Shown piece by piece: positions 1 to 8,809 of a stretch of DNA of 64,000 nucleotides. Location: contig JAAYQC010000165.1 of the NCBI GenBank assembly GCA_012519515.1, positions 1,753-65,752 on the forward strand, read 5' to 3'. This stretch comes from Bacteroidales bacterium (GTDB lineage Bacteria; Bacteroidota; Bacteroidia; Bacteroidales; VadinHA17). Numbering within the stretch: position 1 is the stretch's first letter; every line of letters starts with the position of its first letter. Under the pieces are notes generated by a model, which saw only the letters and a program-made list of their open reading frames with translations, searched no databases and was not told the DNA's origin. The translations under genes were made by a program, and so were the position numbers.

Positions 1-1
1 C

Positions 2-865
2 GTCCTAAAATCGGTATTCGAGGAGGAGATTTACCTCGAATACGCCTCCGAACTTAAAAAGTTGGGGCCCATGAAGGAAAATCTCGAGTTTCTCGATTAT
101 TACGATGTGGAAATCCGGCAGGACAATCTGAAGCGTTATCTTGACCTGATCACCTCGGCGAAGGCGGCCCTTCATATTCCGGTGATTGCCAGTATCAACT
201 GTGTCACTTCACAGGAGTGGAGTTTCTTTGCCCAAAAAATCGAAGCCGCCGGTGCCGATGCCCTGGAGCTCAACCTTTTCATCATCCCCTCCGACCTGCA
301 CCAGAGCAGCAGCGACAACGAGAATACCTACTTCGAGATCATCCGGCAGGTGATTTCCCGGGTGAAAATCCCCGTATCGGTAAAAATCAGCCCCTATTTC
401 TCGAATCCGGGAAGGATGATTCATGATATCTCGGCATCAGGTATCAAAGGGATGGTGCTTTTCAATCGCTTTTACTCCCCGGATATCGACATTGATCGGG
501 AGATTGTTAAAAGCGCACCAAAGCTGAGCAGTCCGGACGACTACCTGCTCCCCCTGCGGTGGATTGGCATGATGGCCAACCGCGTGGAATGCGATCTGGC
601 CGCTTCCACCGGCGTACACGACTGGAAGACTGCCGTGAAACTGCTTCTGGCCGGCGCCCAAACCGTCCAATTGGTTTCGGTCCTCTACAAAGAGGGATTC
701 AAAGCGATTGCCGGTTTCAATACTCAAATTGTTTCATGGATGGAAAAGAAGAATTACATGAGTATTGAAGATTTCAGGGGAAAGCTGGCCATGGGAACCC
801 ATATCAACCCTGCCGAATACGAAAGAGTCCAGTTCATGAAAACCTTTTCGGAATACACAAAATAA
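2..865 (+). CDS. dihydroorotate dehydrogenase-like (DHOD/DHPD-family TIM-barrel) protein, N-terminus cut by window edge
   Basis: The frame of ORF 62..865 stays open back to nt 2 (VLKSVFEEEIYLEYASELKKLGP precedes the listed Met). Family-typical strings: IPVIASINC, GADALELNLF, KIPVSVKISPYF, GMVLFNRF. Confidence 0.75.
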   Translation, partial: VLKSVFEEEIYLEYASELKKLGPMKENLEFLDYYDVEIRQDNLKRYLDLITSAKAALHIPVIASINCVTSQEWSFFAQKIEAAGADALELNLFIIPSDLHQSSSDNENTYFEIIRQVISRVKIPVSVKISPYFSNPGRMIHDISASGIKGMVLFNRFYSPDIDIDREIVKSAPKLSSPDDYLLPLRWIGMMANRVECDLAASTGVHDWKTAVKLLLAGAQTVQLVSVLYKEGFKAIAGFNTQIVSWMEKKNYMSIEDFRGKLAMGTHINPAEYERVQFMKTFSEYTK

Positions 866-892
866 TTCAGTGAACTGATTTATAAACCGGCT

Positions 893-1313
893 TCAGGTGT
901 TCCTGTTTATCCTTCTGTGGTGAATGAAGTGAAAACACACAGGGCAAGCAAATAGGTAACGGTTTGGTGATATGTGGCTTTCGTGCCGGAGATTATTGTA
1001 GGCCAGCACCATCTGTTGTCCCTTTTCCGACAGGATAGTCCGGCCGCCGGATGCTCCGCCGCGTCTCTTCTCCGTCAGGTTGAAACCCAGGTACCGTTCC
1101 ACGCCATGGAGCATACCCAGGCCTTCCGGGAATATTGTCCCTGCCAATCCTGTCAATGACATTAGCCGGAGCCGTGCATGATGCACATTTATCTGAAATT
1201 ATAGAGTATCCTAGATTTCTGCCCTTAAAGAGATATGTCGCCATCTCAAACGGGTGCATACTGTTTTTGAGCGGGTTCAGGGCATCTCCGGGTGATGAGA
1301 ATCCGTATGCCAC
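893..1313 (-). pseudogene. possible decayed ModE-N/Mop-type winged-helix regulator split over two overlapping frames
   Basis: ORF 893..1186 contains LGFNLTEKRRGGASGGRTILSEKGQQMV, which resembles the LGF.L.E..GG..GGG..LT..G tail of ModE-N-like proteins. A plausible N-terminal part (..ANVIDRIG..) lies in the other overlapping ORF 993..1313. The segment where the recognition helix should be looks shortened. Confidence 0.3.
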
Positions 1314-1482
1314 GTTCCATAAAAGAGCACTGCCATGAAGATTTCAGAACACCCCACACTCAACAGGGAATGGGATAAGAATGAGATAAAAAAGAAGACG
1401 GACAAGATGCTTGAGGATCATGGCACGAAGGTGCTTGACCTCGAATGGCCGGCCCTTGTTACATGGTTTCGCGTGTTATCTG

Positions 1483-2715
1483 CTATTTTACTTCGATTCC
1501 GAATAGCTCTTTGTAAGACTGTATTATATAGCCATCGAGCCATTTATAATGTTCTAGAATAGCCTCTTTCTGTTGTTTTTCCTTTGCAGGCAATGCCGCA
1601 ACCAGGGCTGCAGTTTTCACGAAGATATCTTTTTCCACCGATTCAACCTTCTGCAGTATGCCGGTTTTTTCCTTGTTGAGGAGCAAAGCCACGTTCATGT
1701 ACTTCGGACCGGAGCCCCTTTTGATGGGGAAGAGTTGGTTCTTGAGGGTCATGGCTGCATCACAGAGGGGAGCGTGCATATTATCCTTCATGCTCACCAC
1801 AGCCGGCAGGGTTTTTCCTGCACTGACCCACACCGGTACTGCTAATGTCGTCAGCGGGAAGCCGACAAGTGTCCACATCATGGTACTGGCCGGATCTTCA
1901 CCGGGGAGAGTACCGACAACCAACATTGCCGATGCTGTCGAAGACCGTGTGATGAAGTCATCGATGTGCCTGAACCTGGTATCAGCGGAGCTTTCAGGAA
2001 GATCATCGCGAAAGTTTTCCTTTGTCAGGGAGTGTGACAGGTTGCGCGATATGCAGTTGATCAGATTCTGAGGATCGAGCTTTTTCTGTGCCAGTGCCAT
2101 GTTCAGGGCGAGGCTGGCTGTCTCATACCTTATATAACCGTAGCCTATGTCCGGATCACCGGTGAATGAGTAGTTGGTGCGTATAATAAGCCCAAACGGG
2201 GCAAGCGCAGGGTCATTGGCATCAATCTTTTTCCAGCTGAAATTGCCGGTTTCATAATAGGCTGCACCTCCATGGGCATCAATAACTCCGAAGTTGGCAT
2301 CAACACCAATGGGTTTTGGCATTTCGTTGAGCATCTTCTCGAAATCAGCCAGGGTGGCACAGGTGGCAAGTGCCATCTTCATCACTTCGCCCTCGCGGTC
2401 AGCCAGCTTCGTGGTATCACCGCTGTTGTTGTTATAGGCAGCTGAGTTCATGATGGCAAAGCCGGCAGAGTTAAATCCGCCCCATACATCGCGCTTCCAC
2501 GACTCCTTTGAATCAACCAGGCCGATATAGTCGTACTTACCATCGTTGAAGAATACGAGAGCGTTGTCAAGGGTGCCGGTATCCCTGTGTTTGTACAGCA
2601 GCGGCCTGCCGTCAGGGGTGTGCTTGCCAGACATCAGGAACGTGGTGCATGACCATACCTCTCCAGTGACGCCGGCCAGCAGCATCACGAGTGCCAACAG
2701 TATAAGTTTCTTCAT
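1483..2715 (-). CDS. secreted Ntn-hydrolase, peptidase C69/C45-like (N-terminal Cys nucleophile)
   Basis: A signal peptide (MKKLILLALVMLLAGVTGEVWS) is followed directly by CTTFLMSGKHTPDGRPLLYKHRD. This matches the C-T-T-x-L-x-x-G-K...DG...R.ED start of mature C69-type dipeptidases. Confidence 0.6.
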   Translation of the reverse strand: MKKLILLALVMLLAGVTGEVWSCTTFLMSGKHTPDGRPLLYKHRDTGTLDNALVFFNDGKYDYIGLVDSKESWKRDVWGGFNSAGFAIMNSAAYNNNSGDTTKLADREGEVMKMALATCATLADFEKMLNEMPKPIGVDANFGVIDAHGGAAYYETGNFSWKKIDANDPALAPFGLIIRTNYSFTGDPDIGYGYIRYETASLALNMALAQKKLDPQNLINCISRNLSHSLTKENFRDDLPESSADTRFRHIDDFITRSSTASAMLVVGTLPGEDPASTMMWTLVGFPLTTLAVPVWVSAGKTLPAVVSMKDNMHAPLCDAAMTLKNQLFPIKRGSGPKYMNVALLLNKEKTGILQKVESVEKDIFVKTAALVAALPAKEKQQKEAILEHYKWLDGYIIQSYKELFGIEVK

Positions 2716-3113
2716 AGGGATTAAAACATAGTTTGGATAAAGTTATCACTAGTGTCCGACAAAAAAAAATAAATAAGAGGGGTACCCCCCAGGTTTCCCC
2801 CAATGGACCAGCAATGAAGTATACTTTGTGACCAGGATGAAAAAGAATGCGGTCTACGATGTTAAGAAAGTTACACGGGTTCATTATCGCAAAAAAGATC
2901 AGGCGATGGTTTTGCGGGATGAGGTTATCACTCTGGAATACCATCCTGAGACATCTGAAGGCAAGAGAGATACAAAGACCAATCTCGCACTTGAATTAAG
3001 GAAGGTCTGTTATCGATGATCTTAAAAACATTTGTCAAATTGAACACACTCGCCATAGAAGTCATGAAAGGTTTATTATTAATCTGTTATCCGGTTTAAT
3101 AGCATATTTTTAT

Positions 3114-3341
3114 TTACCAAAGAAACCATCTCTTAATCTGGAAATAATTATGGTTTTTTAGCTCCCTTGTCCTCAGGTTCGGTAATCGTTGTTGCAGCAA
3201 CTCTTTAATCTGTATTGAAGTGAAAGATGGTAAAGGTTTTACTATAAACCTGTCTGTAAGAATATCGAGTTCTCTTTTTATTTCATTATGGGAATAATAA
3301 TAGTCATATTGCCCATATGTGACGGGCAATAGGATCATCAA
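3114..3341 (-). CDS. small hypothetical protein (start uncertain)
   Basis: 76-codon ORF with a TTG/ATG start. It lies in the same frame as, and 25 sense codons downstream of, the stop of the preceding gene. No family recognised. Confidence 0.25.
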   Translation of the reverse strand: MMILLPVTYGQYDYYYSHNEIKRELDILTDRFIVKPLPSFTSIQIKELLQQRLPNLRTRELKNHNYFQIKRWFLW

Positions 3342-3416
3342 AAGTAAAAACAGATAAATTGCTTTGGAAAGGTTGTGGTAAAAAGTAAATGTTTTAAATA
3401 TGAGTAGATTTAGAGA

Positions 3417-4556
3417 TTATAATCCGGGAGGTTTTGGTGCAAGGTAAAAGTACTGCATAGGAATGGCCGGATAAAGGTTTTCCTTGACAAACACTTTAGT
3501 CTCAACTATTTTTCTGTCCTTTAGATCGATAATGTAATATGCTGCCCAGTCATCGCCAACGATTGCGTACCTTTGCCCCGGAGTAAGGTATATTCTTCCG
3601 GTAGTCAAATAGGGATATGGATTACCGCTAACGTAATATCCTGCATCGATCTTTCCCATTATCATATCTTCCAAAGGACTGAAGATGTAGATTTTGCCCG
3701 GAGGATCTGACCAGCGATCTCTGGCAGGAGCTGTGATGTATATTTCTTTGTTATCTCTTCTGGCTGCTACATAAAAGACAGAGTATGGTACCGGAATTGA
3801 TGAGACCTTCTTGAGGTTTACAAGATCAATCACCGAACCAGCAGTATATAAAGTATCACCGCCCCCGGACAGGATGAACCAGTGGCCACCCAGGAATGGC
3901 AATACTGTTTTTGTTCTTACCTCGTAATTAAAGCTGTAAAATTCATGGGGGCTACGAGCATATAATATAGGTTCTGTTGGATGGATTGCAATTGGACCCT
4001 CATCCATATGCATTTTCCACACAACATTAATTGAATCAATTTCTCTGGCAATACCGTTATCCGTATCGATTTCCCCAAACATGCGCATCGATTTGCCTCC
4101 GTACTGGGTCATAAAAAAAACTCCTCCGTTATTATTGGAAAGCAGGTAAGCAGGATTGTCGTAAATTTTCCTTCGCTCCCAGCTATCAGTTCTTATTTCA
4201 TATATTCCTGCCGTACCCGTTGGATCATAAGGGTCATGGGTGCTGACATACAAACGGGTACCGTCATGATTGGTAAGTATCGAGGCAATTCGGTGAAAAT
4301 CTTTCAACTGGTGTTTTACATTACCGGTGGCAAGATCGATAACAAACAATGAGTCGGTGAAAAAATCACATGCATAGATAACAAAATCACTCAGATCTTC
4401 TTCTACCCATTCAATCTCATAAGTAGGATGGACATTTTGACCATTTTGATCATCATCAAAACCACTTCTATCGCAGCTATTTATAAAAATGACAGATAGT
4501 GAAGCAATTGTAAATGCCAGGTAAAATATTCCTTTATTCTTTTTCATTTTTACCAT
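3417..4556 (-). CDS. hypothetical lipoprotein, beta-propeller-like repeats
   Basis: 379-aa ORF. N-terminus MVKMKKNKGIFYLAFTIASLSVIFINSC looks like a signal peptide ending in Cys. Repeated short beta-strand/turn patterns (YVSTHD, IYEIRTD, LYTAGS, IYITAP). The gene is visibly A+T-richer than its neighbours. Confidence 0.6.
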   Translation of the reverse strand: MVKMKKNKGIFYLAFTIASLSVIFINSCDRSGFDDDQNGQNVHPTYEIEWVEEDLSDFVIYACDFFTDSLFVIDLATGNVKHQLKDFHRIASILTNHDGTRLYVSTHDPYDPTGTAGIYEIRTDSWERRKIYDNPAYLLSNNNGGVFFMTQYGGKSMRMFGEIDTDNGIAREIDSINVVWKMHMDEGPIAIHPTEPILYARSPHEFYSFNYEVRTKTVLPFLGGHWFILSGGGDTLYTAGSVIDLVNLKKVSSIPVPYSVFYVAARRDNKEIYITAPARDRWSDPPGKIYIFSPLEDMIMGKIDAGYYVSGNPYPYLTTGRIYLTPGQRYAIVGDDWAAYYIIDLKDRKIVETKVFVKENLYPAIPMQYFYLAPKPPGL

Positions 4557-4994
4557 CTTTTTAATTCAGGATAATTCTTAGCCCTTTATTTCAACTGTTC
4601 TATCATATTGGCCACAATCATAACAAGTTAATAAATACGAAATATATTTCCAAATAATTTATCACCATTTAATATTGCTTTAGATATAGAATAGAAGCAT
4701 GTGTTTGGCAGTAGGGATGAATACAAGGACGGTCTGCCAAACCGATGCTTTGTGGGATGGAATACTTATACAAGACCCTTTTTAATAAATCAATCGTGAT
4801 CAAATATTTTGTTCCGATGGCTTGCGTATAACTTGTTATATAAGTCACATATTCACCCAAAATCATCATCCCAGTCGCCATCCCGGAGCACGAATCCCTC
4901 ACTCATGTCAGGCATGGCTCGTAATTCGTGTAAAAACAAAAAACCCTGTAAATGTGATAGTCTACAGGGTTGCGCGTTAATTAGCATTTAGCTT

Positions 4995-5086
4995 TGGCGG
5001 AGAAAGAGGGATTCGAACCCCCGGTTCCGCGATGGCGGAACAACGGTTTTCAAGACCGCCGCATTCGACCGCTCTGCCATTTCTCC
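4995..5086 (-). tRNA. tRNA-Ser (anticodon UGA), long variable arm, encoded CCA
   Basis: The reverse complement reads GGAGAAATGGCAGAGCGGTCGAATGCGGCGGTCTTGAAAACCGTTGTTCCGCCATCGCGGAACCGGGGGTTCGAATCCCTCTTTCTCCGCCA. It has a 7-bp acceptor stem GGAGAAA/TTTCTCC, anticodon loop CT-TGA-AA, the T-loop GGTTCGAATCC and a long extra arm typical of class II tRNAs. Confidence 0.9.
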
Positions 5087-5358
5087 CTTGGTCCGCTATA
5101 GTGTCAACTAAAGCGGTTATCCGCTGCGCCGCAAAGATAATACTTTTTTTATTTTTACGGATTATTGGAAAAATATAAGAATTGTCAGATTATCAGACAG
5201 ATAAGTTATTTGTCAACAGGATTTGAACATGATAAAGATTCCTGAATACTGTAACCCCCATAAAATGGTCGTTTACAGGCTTTATGCCATTTTCGGGAGT
5301 CCATATCCCCAGTTGTGTCGTAAACGTCCATTAATAGGGGAAAATAGAAGAAAAATTA

Positions 5359-5389
5359 TTTGTACATGTATTAAAATGAAATATATTTG
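5359..5389 (+). promoter_or_regulatory. Bacteroidota sigma-A type promoter for the HU gene
   Basis: TTTG (5359-5362), 19 nt spacer, then TATATTTG (5382-5389), matching TTTG-N19-21-TAnnTTTG. It sits about 43 nt upstream of the ATG at 5432. Confidence 0.45.
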
Positions 5390-5431
5390 TAACAAACTAG
5401 AACCATTGGTCTAACCTTTAATTCGTAAATT

Positions 5432-5701
5432 ATGACAAAAAAAGAATTGATCGCTGAGATTGCTAAAGAATCCAAGTTGTCAATCAAGGATTCCGGCCTC
5501 GCTTTAAATGCATTCGTCGCAGTTTTCGGAAAAGCTATGAAAAAAGGAAAGAGAATCCAGCTTCCGAATATGGGAACCTTTAAAGTTACCCAAAGAAGTG
5601 CAAGAGTTGTACGTAACCCCCGTACCAATGAGAAACTTAACGTTCCTGCCAAGAAAGTCGTTAAATTCAAACCGGCTCCCGCACTTAACAAAGGTCTTTA
5701 A
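5432..5701 (+). CDS. hup: HU family DNA-binding protein
   Basis: 89 aa: MTKKELIAEIA...GTFKVTQRSARVVRNPRTNEKLNVPAKKVVKFKPAPALN, the classic HU/IHF arm motif. Confidence 0.95.
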   Translation: MTKKELIAEIAKESKLSIKDSGLALNAFVAVFGKAMKKGKRIQLPNMGTFKVTQRSARVVRNPRTNEKLNVPAKKVVKFKPAPALNKGL

Positions 5702-5723
5702 TCACGATTCGAAGAGATTGCCG

Positions 5724-5750
5724 GGGGGTGTATTTTACACCCCTTTTTTT
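5724..5750 (+). terminator. rho-independent terminator after hup
   Basis: GGGGTG-tatttta-CACCCC stem-loop followed by TTTTTTT. Confidence 0.7.
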
Positions 5751-5898
5751 ATGCTATGAACCTGGTTTGTAGAGTAATCCCGCCATAAACTGGTTGCGGC
5801 AAAGTCCTGAATCATTGTTTTATTTTAGGAGATATAATTTTTATTTAAGTAATTTTTGTTACTTTTGAACTTAAAACCCCGGTTCAATATCTGAAAGC

Positions 5899-6606
5899 AT
5901 GAACTGTATAATTGTCGACGATGATAAGCTTAGCTGTAAGCTGCTTGAAGGTTATGTGAAGAAATATTCCTCCCTTAATCTTGTCGGCGTCTATAATGAC
6001 CCGGTGACTGCAAGGAATGAAATCGCAAAGCAGAAGGACGTCGACCTTATCCTTCTTGATATTAGAATGCCGGAAATGGACGGGTTCGACCTCCTGGGAA
6101 GCCTCGAACATCCGCCAAATGTTATAGTGGTGTCTGGCGGAGAGGAGTTTGCACTCCGGGCTTTTGATTTCAACGTTGTAGACTTCCTCCTTAAACCGGT
6201 AACCTATGCAAGATTCTGCAAGGCTATTGATAAGGTAATGAGGTATTTCGCACCGAAGGAAGCTCCGAAATCGGGCGACGAGGAGATTTTTATCAAAAAA
6301 GGTTCAACACTGGTTAAGCTTAAACTCAGGGAAATAGTATTCGTGGAAGCCCTCGAAAACTATGTTACCCTAAATACCAGTAGCGATAAATACACGATTC
6401 ACTTTACCATGAAGGCCATGGAAAGCCAGTTGCCCTCGGGAGTGTTCCAAAGGGTCCACAGGTCATACATAATCAACAAGAAGATGATCCAGGCTATCAA
6501 GGAGAATTCACTTGATATAATGGTGGGCAATACGATAAAAAACATACCCGTGGGGAAATCGTTCAGGGATAGCCTTCTGAATGATATCAATGTAATGTCC
6601 CGATAA
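5899..6606 (+). CDS. LytTR-family response regulator
   Basis: Receiver domain (IIVDDD..., DLILLDIRMPEMDGFDLL) plus a C-terminal LytTR DNA-binding domain (IVFVEALENYVTLNT..., FQRVHRSYIIN). Confidence 0.9.
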   Translation: MNCIIVDDDKLSCKLLEGYVKKYSSLNLVGVYNDPVTARNEIAKQKDVDLILLDIRMPEMDGFDLLGSLEHPPNVIVVSGGEEFALRAFDFNVVDFLLKPVTYARFCKAIDKVMRYFAPKEAPKSGDEEIFIKKGSTLVKLKLREIVFVEALENYVTLNTSSDKYTIHFTMKAMESQLPSGVFQRVHRSYIINKKMIQAIKENSLDIMVGNTIKNIPVGKSFRDSLLNDINVMSR

Positions 6607-6618
6607 TCAGGATTGGGC

Positions 6619-7824
6619 ATGATGCTATCAAACAGACAGCTTTTCCTGAAACATCTCGGCCAGACTTCTCAATCACCTTTGCTACTTGAAGTGGAAAAAG
6701 CCGAAGGCGTCTTTATGTACGGTCCTTCCGGAGAAAAATATCTCGACCTCATCTCGGGAGTTTCCGTGAGCAATACCGGACACAGGCATCCCAAAGTGGT
6801 CAGTGCAATCCGCGAACAGCTTGATGCCTACATGCACCTGATGGTGTACGGCGAAATGATACAAAGTTCTCAGGTAAGATATGCCGGCCTGCTTTCTCAA
6901 TACCTCCCTCCTTCATTGAGTTCCGTATATTTTGTCAACTCCGGAAGCGAAGCCGTAGAGGGAGCAATCAAACTGGCAAGGAGATTTACCGGGCGAAGTA
7001 AAATAATATCATTCCGCAACGCTTACCACGGAAGTACATGCGGCGCCCTGAGCATCCAGGGCAGTGAAGATTATAAAAGTGCCTTCCGGCCACTGATCCC
7101 CGATGTCTGGCAGGCTGAATTCAACAATCCTGACTCATTAGGCATAATTGACTCGAAAACTGCCTGCGTCATTATTGAACCCGTTCAGGGTGAAGGCGGA
7201 ATAATTACCCCCGCTGGCAATTTCCTTTCACTCGTCCGCGAAAAATGCAGCGAAACCGGAGCACTTCTTGTCTTCGATGAGATACAGACGGGATTCGGAA
7301 GGACGGGACATATGTTTGCCGTCGACTGTTACGGAGTTGTTCCCGATATCATTTTACTGGCAAAAGCTCTTGGCGGAGGAATGCCCCTCGGCGCTTTCAT
7401 TTCATCACCCGGGATAATGAGCTCACTGATATCCAATCCTGCGCTGGGACATATCACTACATTCGGGGGACATCCGGTGTGCTGCGCTGCCGGAATGGCA
7501 TCGATGCAGGTGATTATTGATGAGGAGCTTATTAAAAATTGCAGACTGAGATCGGAACAGTTCAGATCAGGGCTGAAACATGAGCTGATACACGAAATAA
7601 GAGGCGTGGGACTCATGCTTGCAGTTAAACTCGGAAGCCCGTCGCTCGTGAGCTATGCCGTTAGGAAGGCTCCTGAATTTGGCCTGATCCTTGATTATTT
7701 CCTGTTCTGTGACGATTCGTTCAGGATAGCTCCTCCGCTTACTATCTCGGACGATGAAGTGGCCCTGGCCTGCAGGCAGATTGATGCCCTGCTCGACGAT
7801 ACAGTAAAGAACGCGATTGCATGA
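6619..7824 (+). CDS. class-III (acetylornithine/GABA-type) PLP aminotransferase
   Basis: SGSEAVEGAIKLAR, DEIQTGFGRTGHMFA and LAKALGGGMPLGA (PLP lysine context). ATG at 6619 is preferred over the TTG at 6613. Confidence 0.85.
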   Translation: MMLSNRQLFLKHLGQTSQSPLLLEVEKAEGVFMYGPSGEKYLDLISGVSVSNTGHRHPKVVSAIREQLDAYMHLMVYGEMIQSSQVRYAGLLSQYLPPSLSSVYFVNSGSEAVEGAIKLARRFTGRSKIISFRNAYHGSTCGALSIQGSEDYKSAFRPLIPDVWQAEFNNPDSLGIIDSKTACVIIEPVQGEGGIITPAGNFLSLVREKCSETGALLVFDEIQTGFGRTGHMFAVDCYGVVPDIILLAKALGGGMPLGAFISSPGIMSSLISNPALGHITTFGGHPVCCAAGMASMQVIIDEELIKNCRLRSEQFRSGLKHELIHEIRGVGLMLAVKLGSPSLVSYAVRKAPEFGLILDYFLFCDDSFRIAPPLTISDDEVALACRQIDALLDDTVKNAIA

Positions 7825-8642
7825 AAAGAAAATTGTTTTCAATAGTGTTTATCCTGATTGTGACTGCTACCTGCCGTTTTGCCCTGGCCGGTCCGGACAC
7901 TCAATTCATTCTTGAAAAGCTTTTTACCCGGCTCACTCTCGTCAGGCAGGATAACGACCGGCTCAGGATAAATGATTCGATATGCGCAATAATCGACAGC
8001 TATGCACGGTCGGATTCCGCTTTTAATCATACGTTCGAGGGTTTGAGATATCTGGGACAGATCACATCCCGGAAATCGCAGCTTAAGATTATAACCTGGA
8101 ACATTGCTCTCGGGGAATCGGGAGGGAAATACTTCTGTTATTTTATTCACAATACAGGCAAAGAAAATCAGGTGTACCGGCTTGAATCGGATTATGACAA
8201 TGAAGCACCCCTGGTAAACAGACAATATACTGAAGCTGACTGGTACGGAGCTCTGTACTATGATCTCAGACAATACGGAAAGGGAGATCAGCAACACTGG
8301 GTCCTGCTCGGGCTTGACCTGGCAAATCCCGAAATCACACGTAAGATTATTGATGTGATAAGCATAAGCCCCGAAGGAAATATCATTTTCGGCAAGGACA
8401 TTTTCCGGAACGGGAAAACGGTCAGGAACAGGGTGCTGCTGGAGTACAGCTCCAAAGCGGTCGTAACCCTGCGATTCAACACCGATAAGTTAATAGTGTT
8501 CGACCACCTTGTTCCGGTAACTGCTTCACTTAGCGGCAGCAGGGAAAACTACGGCCCTGATTTCTCTCTCGATGCATACAGCCTTGAAAAGGGAATCTGG
8601 GTATTTGAAGGAAACGTCGATATCAGGAACCCTAAGAAATAG
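7821..8642 (+). CDS. hypothetical secreted protein
   Basis: 273-aa ORF overlapping the upstream stop by 4 nt (ATGA). Signal-peptide-like MKRKLFSIVFILIVTATCRFALAG. No family recognised. Confidence 0.6.
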   Translation: MKRKLFSIVFILIVTATCRFALAGPDTQFILEKLFTRLTLVRQDNDRLRINDSICAIIDSYARSDSAFNHTFEGLRYLGQITSRKSQLKIITWNIALGESGGKYFCYFIHNTGKENQVYRLESDYDNEAPLVNRQYTEADWYGALYYDLRQYGKGDQQHWVLLGLDLANPEITRKIIDVISISPEGNIIFGKDIFRNGKTVRNRVLLEYSSKAVVTLRFNTDKLIVFDHLVPVTASLSGSRENYGPDFSLDAYSLEKGIWVFEGNVDIRNPKK

Positions 8643-8809
8643 TACTTTCCTGCCAGTTTCTCCATTATTCCCCTTCCCCTGATCGGGCCGGAGAAGCAGG
8701 AACTGTCGCTGCTTCATGAAAAAGTGACGATTTGTCAGTCATATTCCAACGGCATGTCTTTTGTTTTAAAAACGGCGTTGATCATGTTTAACCTAAATAG
8801 TGTACCGAA

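Noticed and set aside
2828-3019. 63-aa ORF between the Ntn-hydrolase and the lipoprotein genes
   Set aside because: It has no recognisable motif or promoter, and it is short and lysine-rich in an A/T-rich spacer. The support is insufficient to call it a gene.
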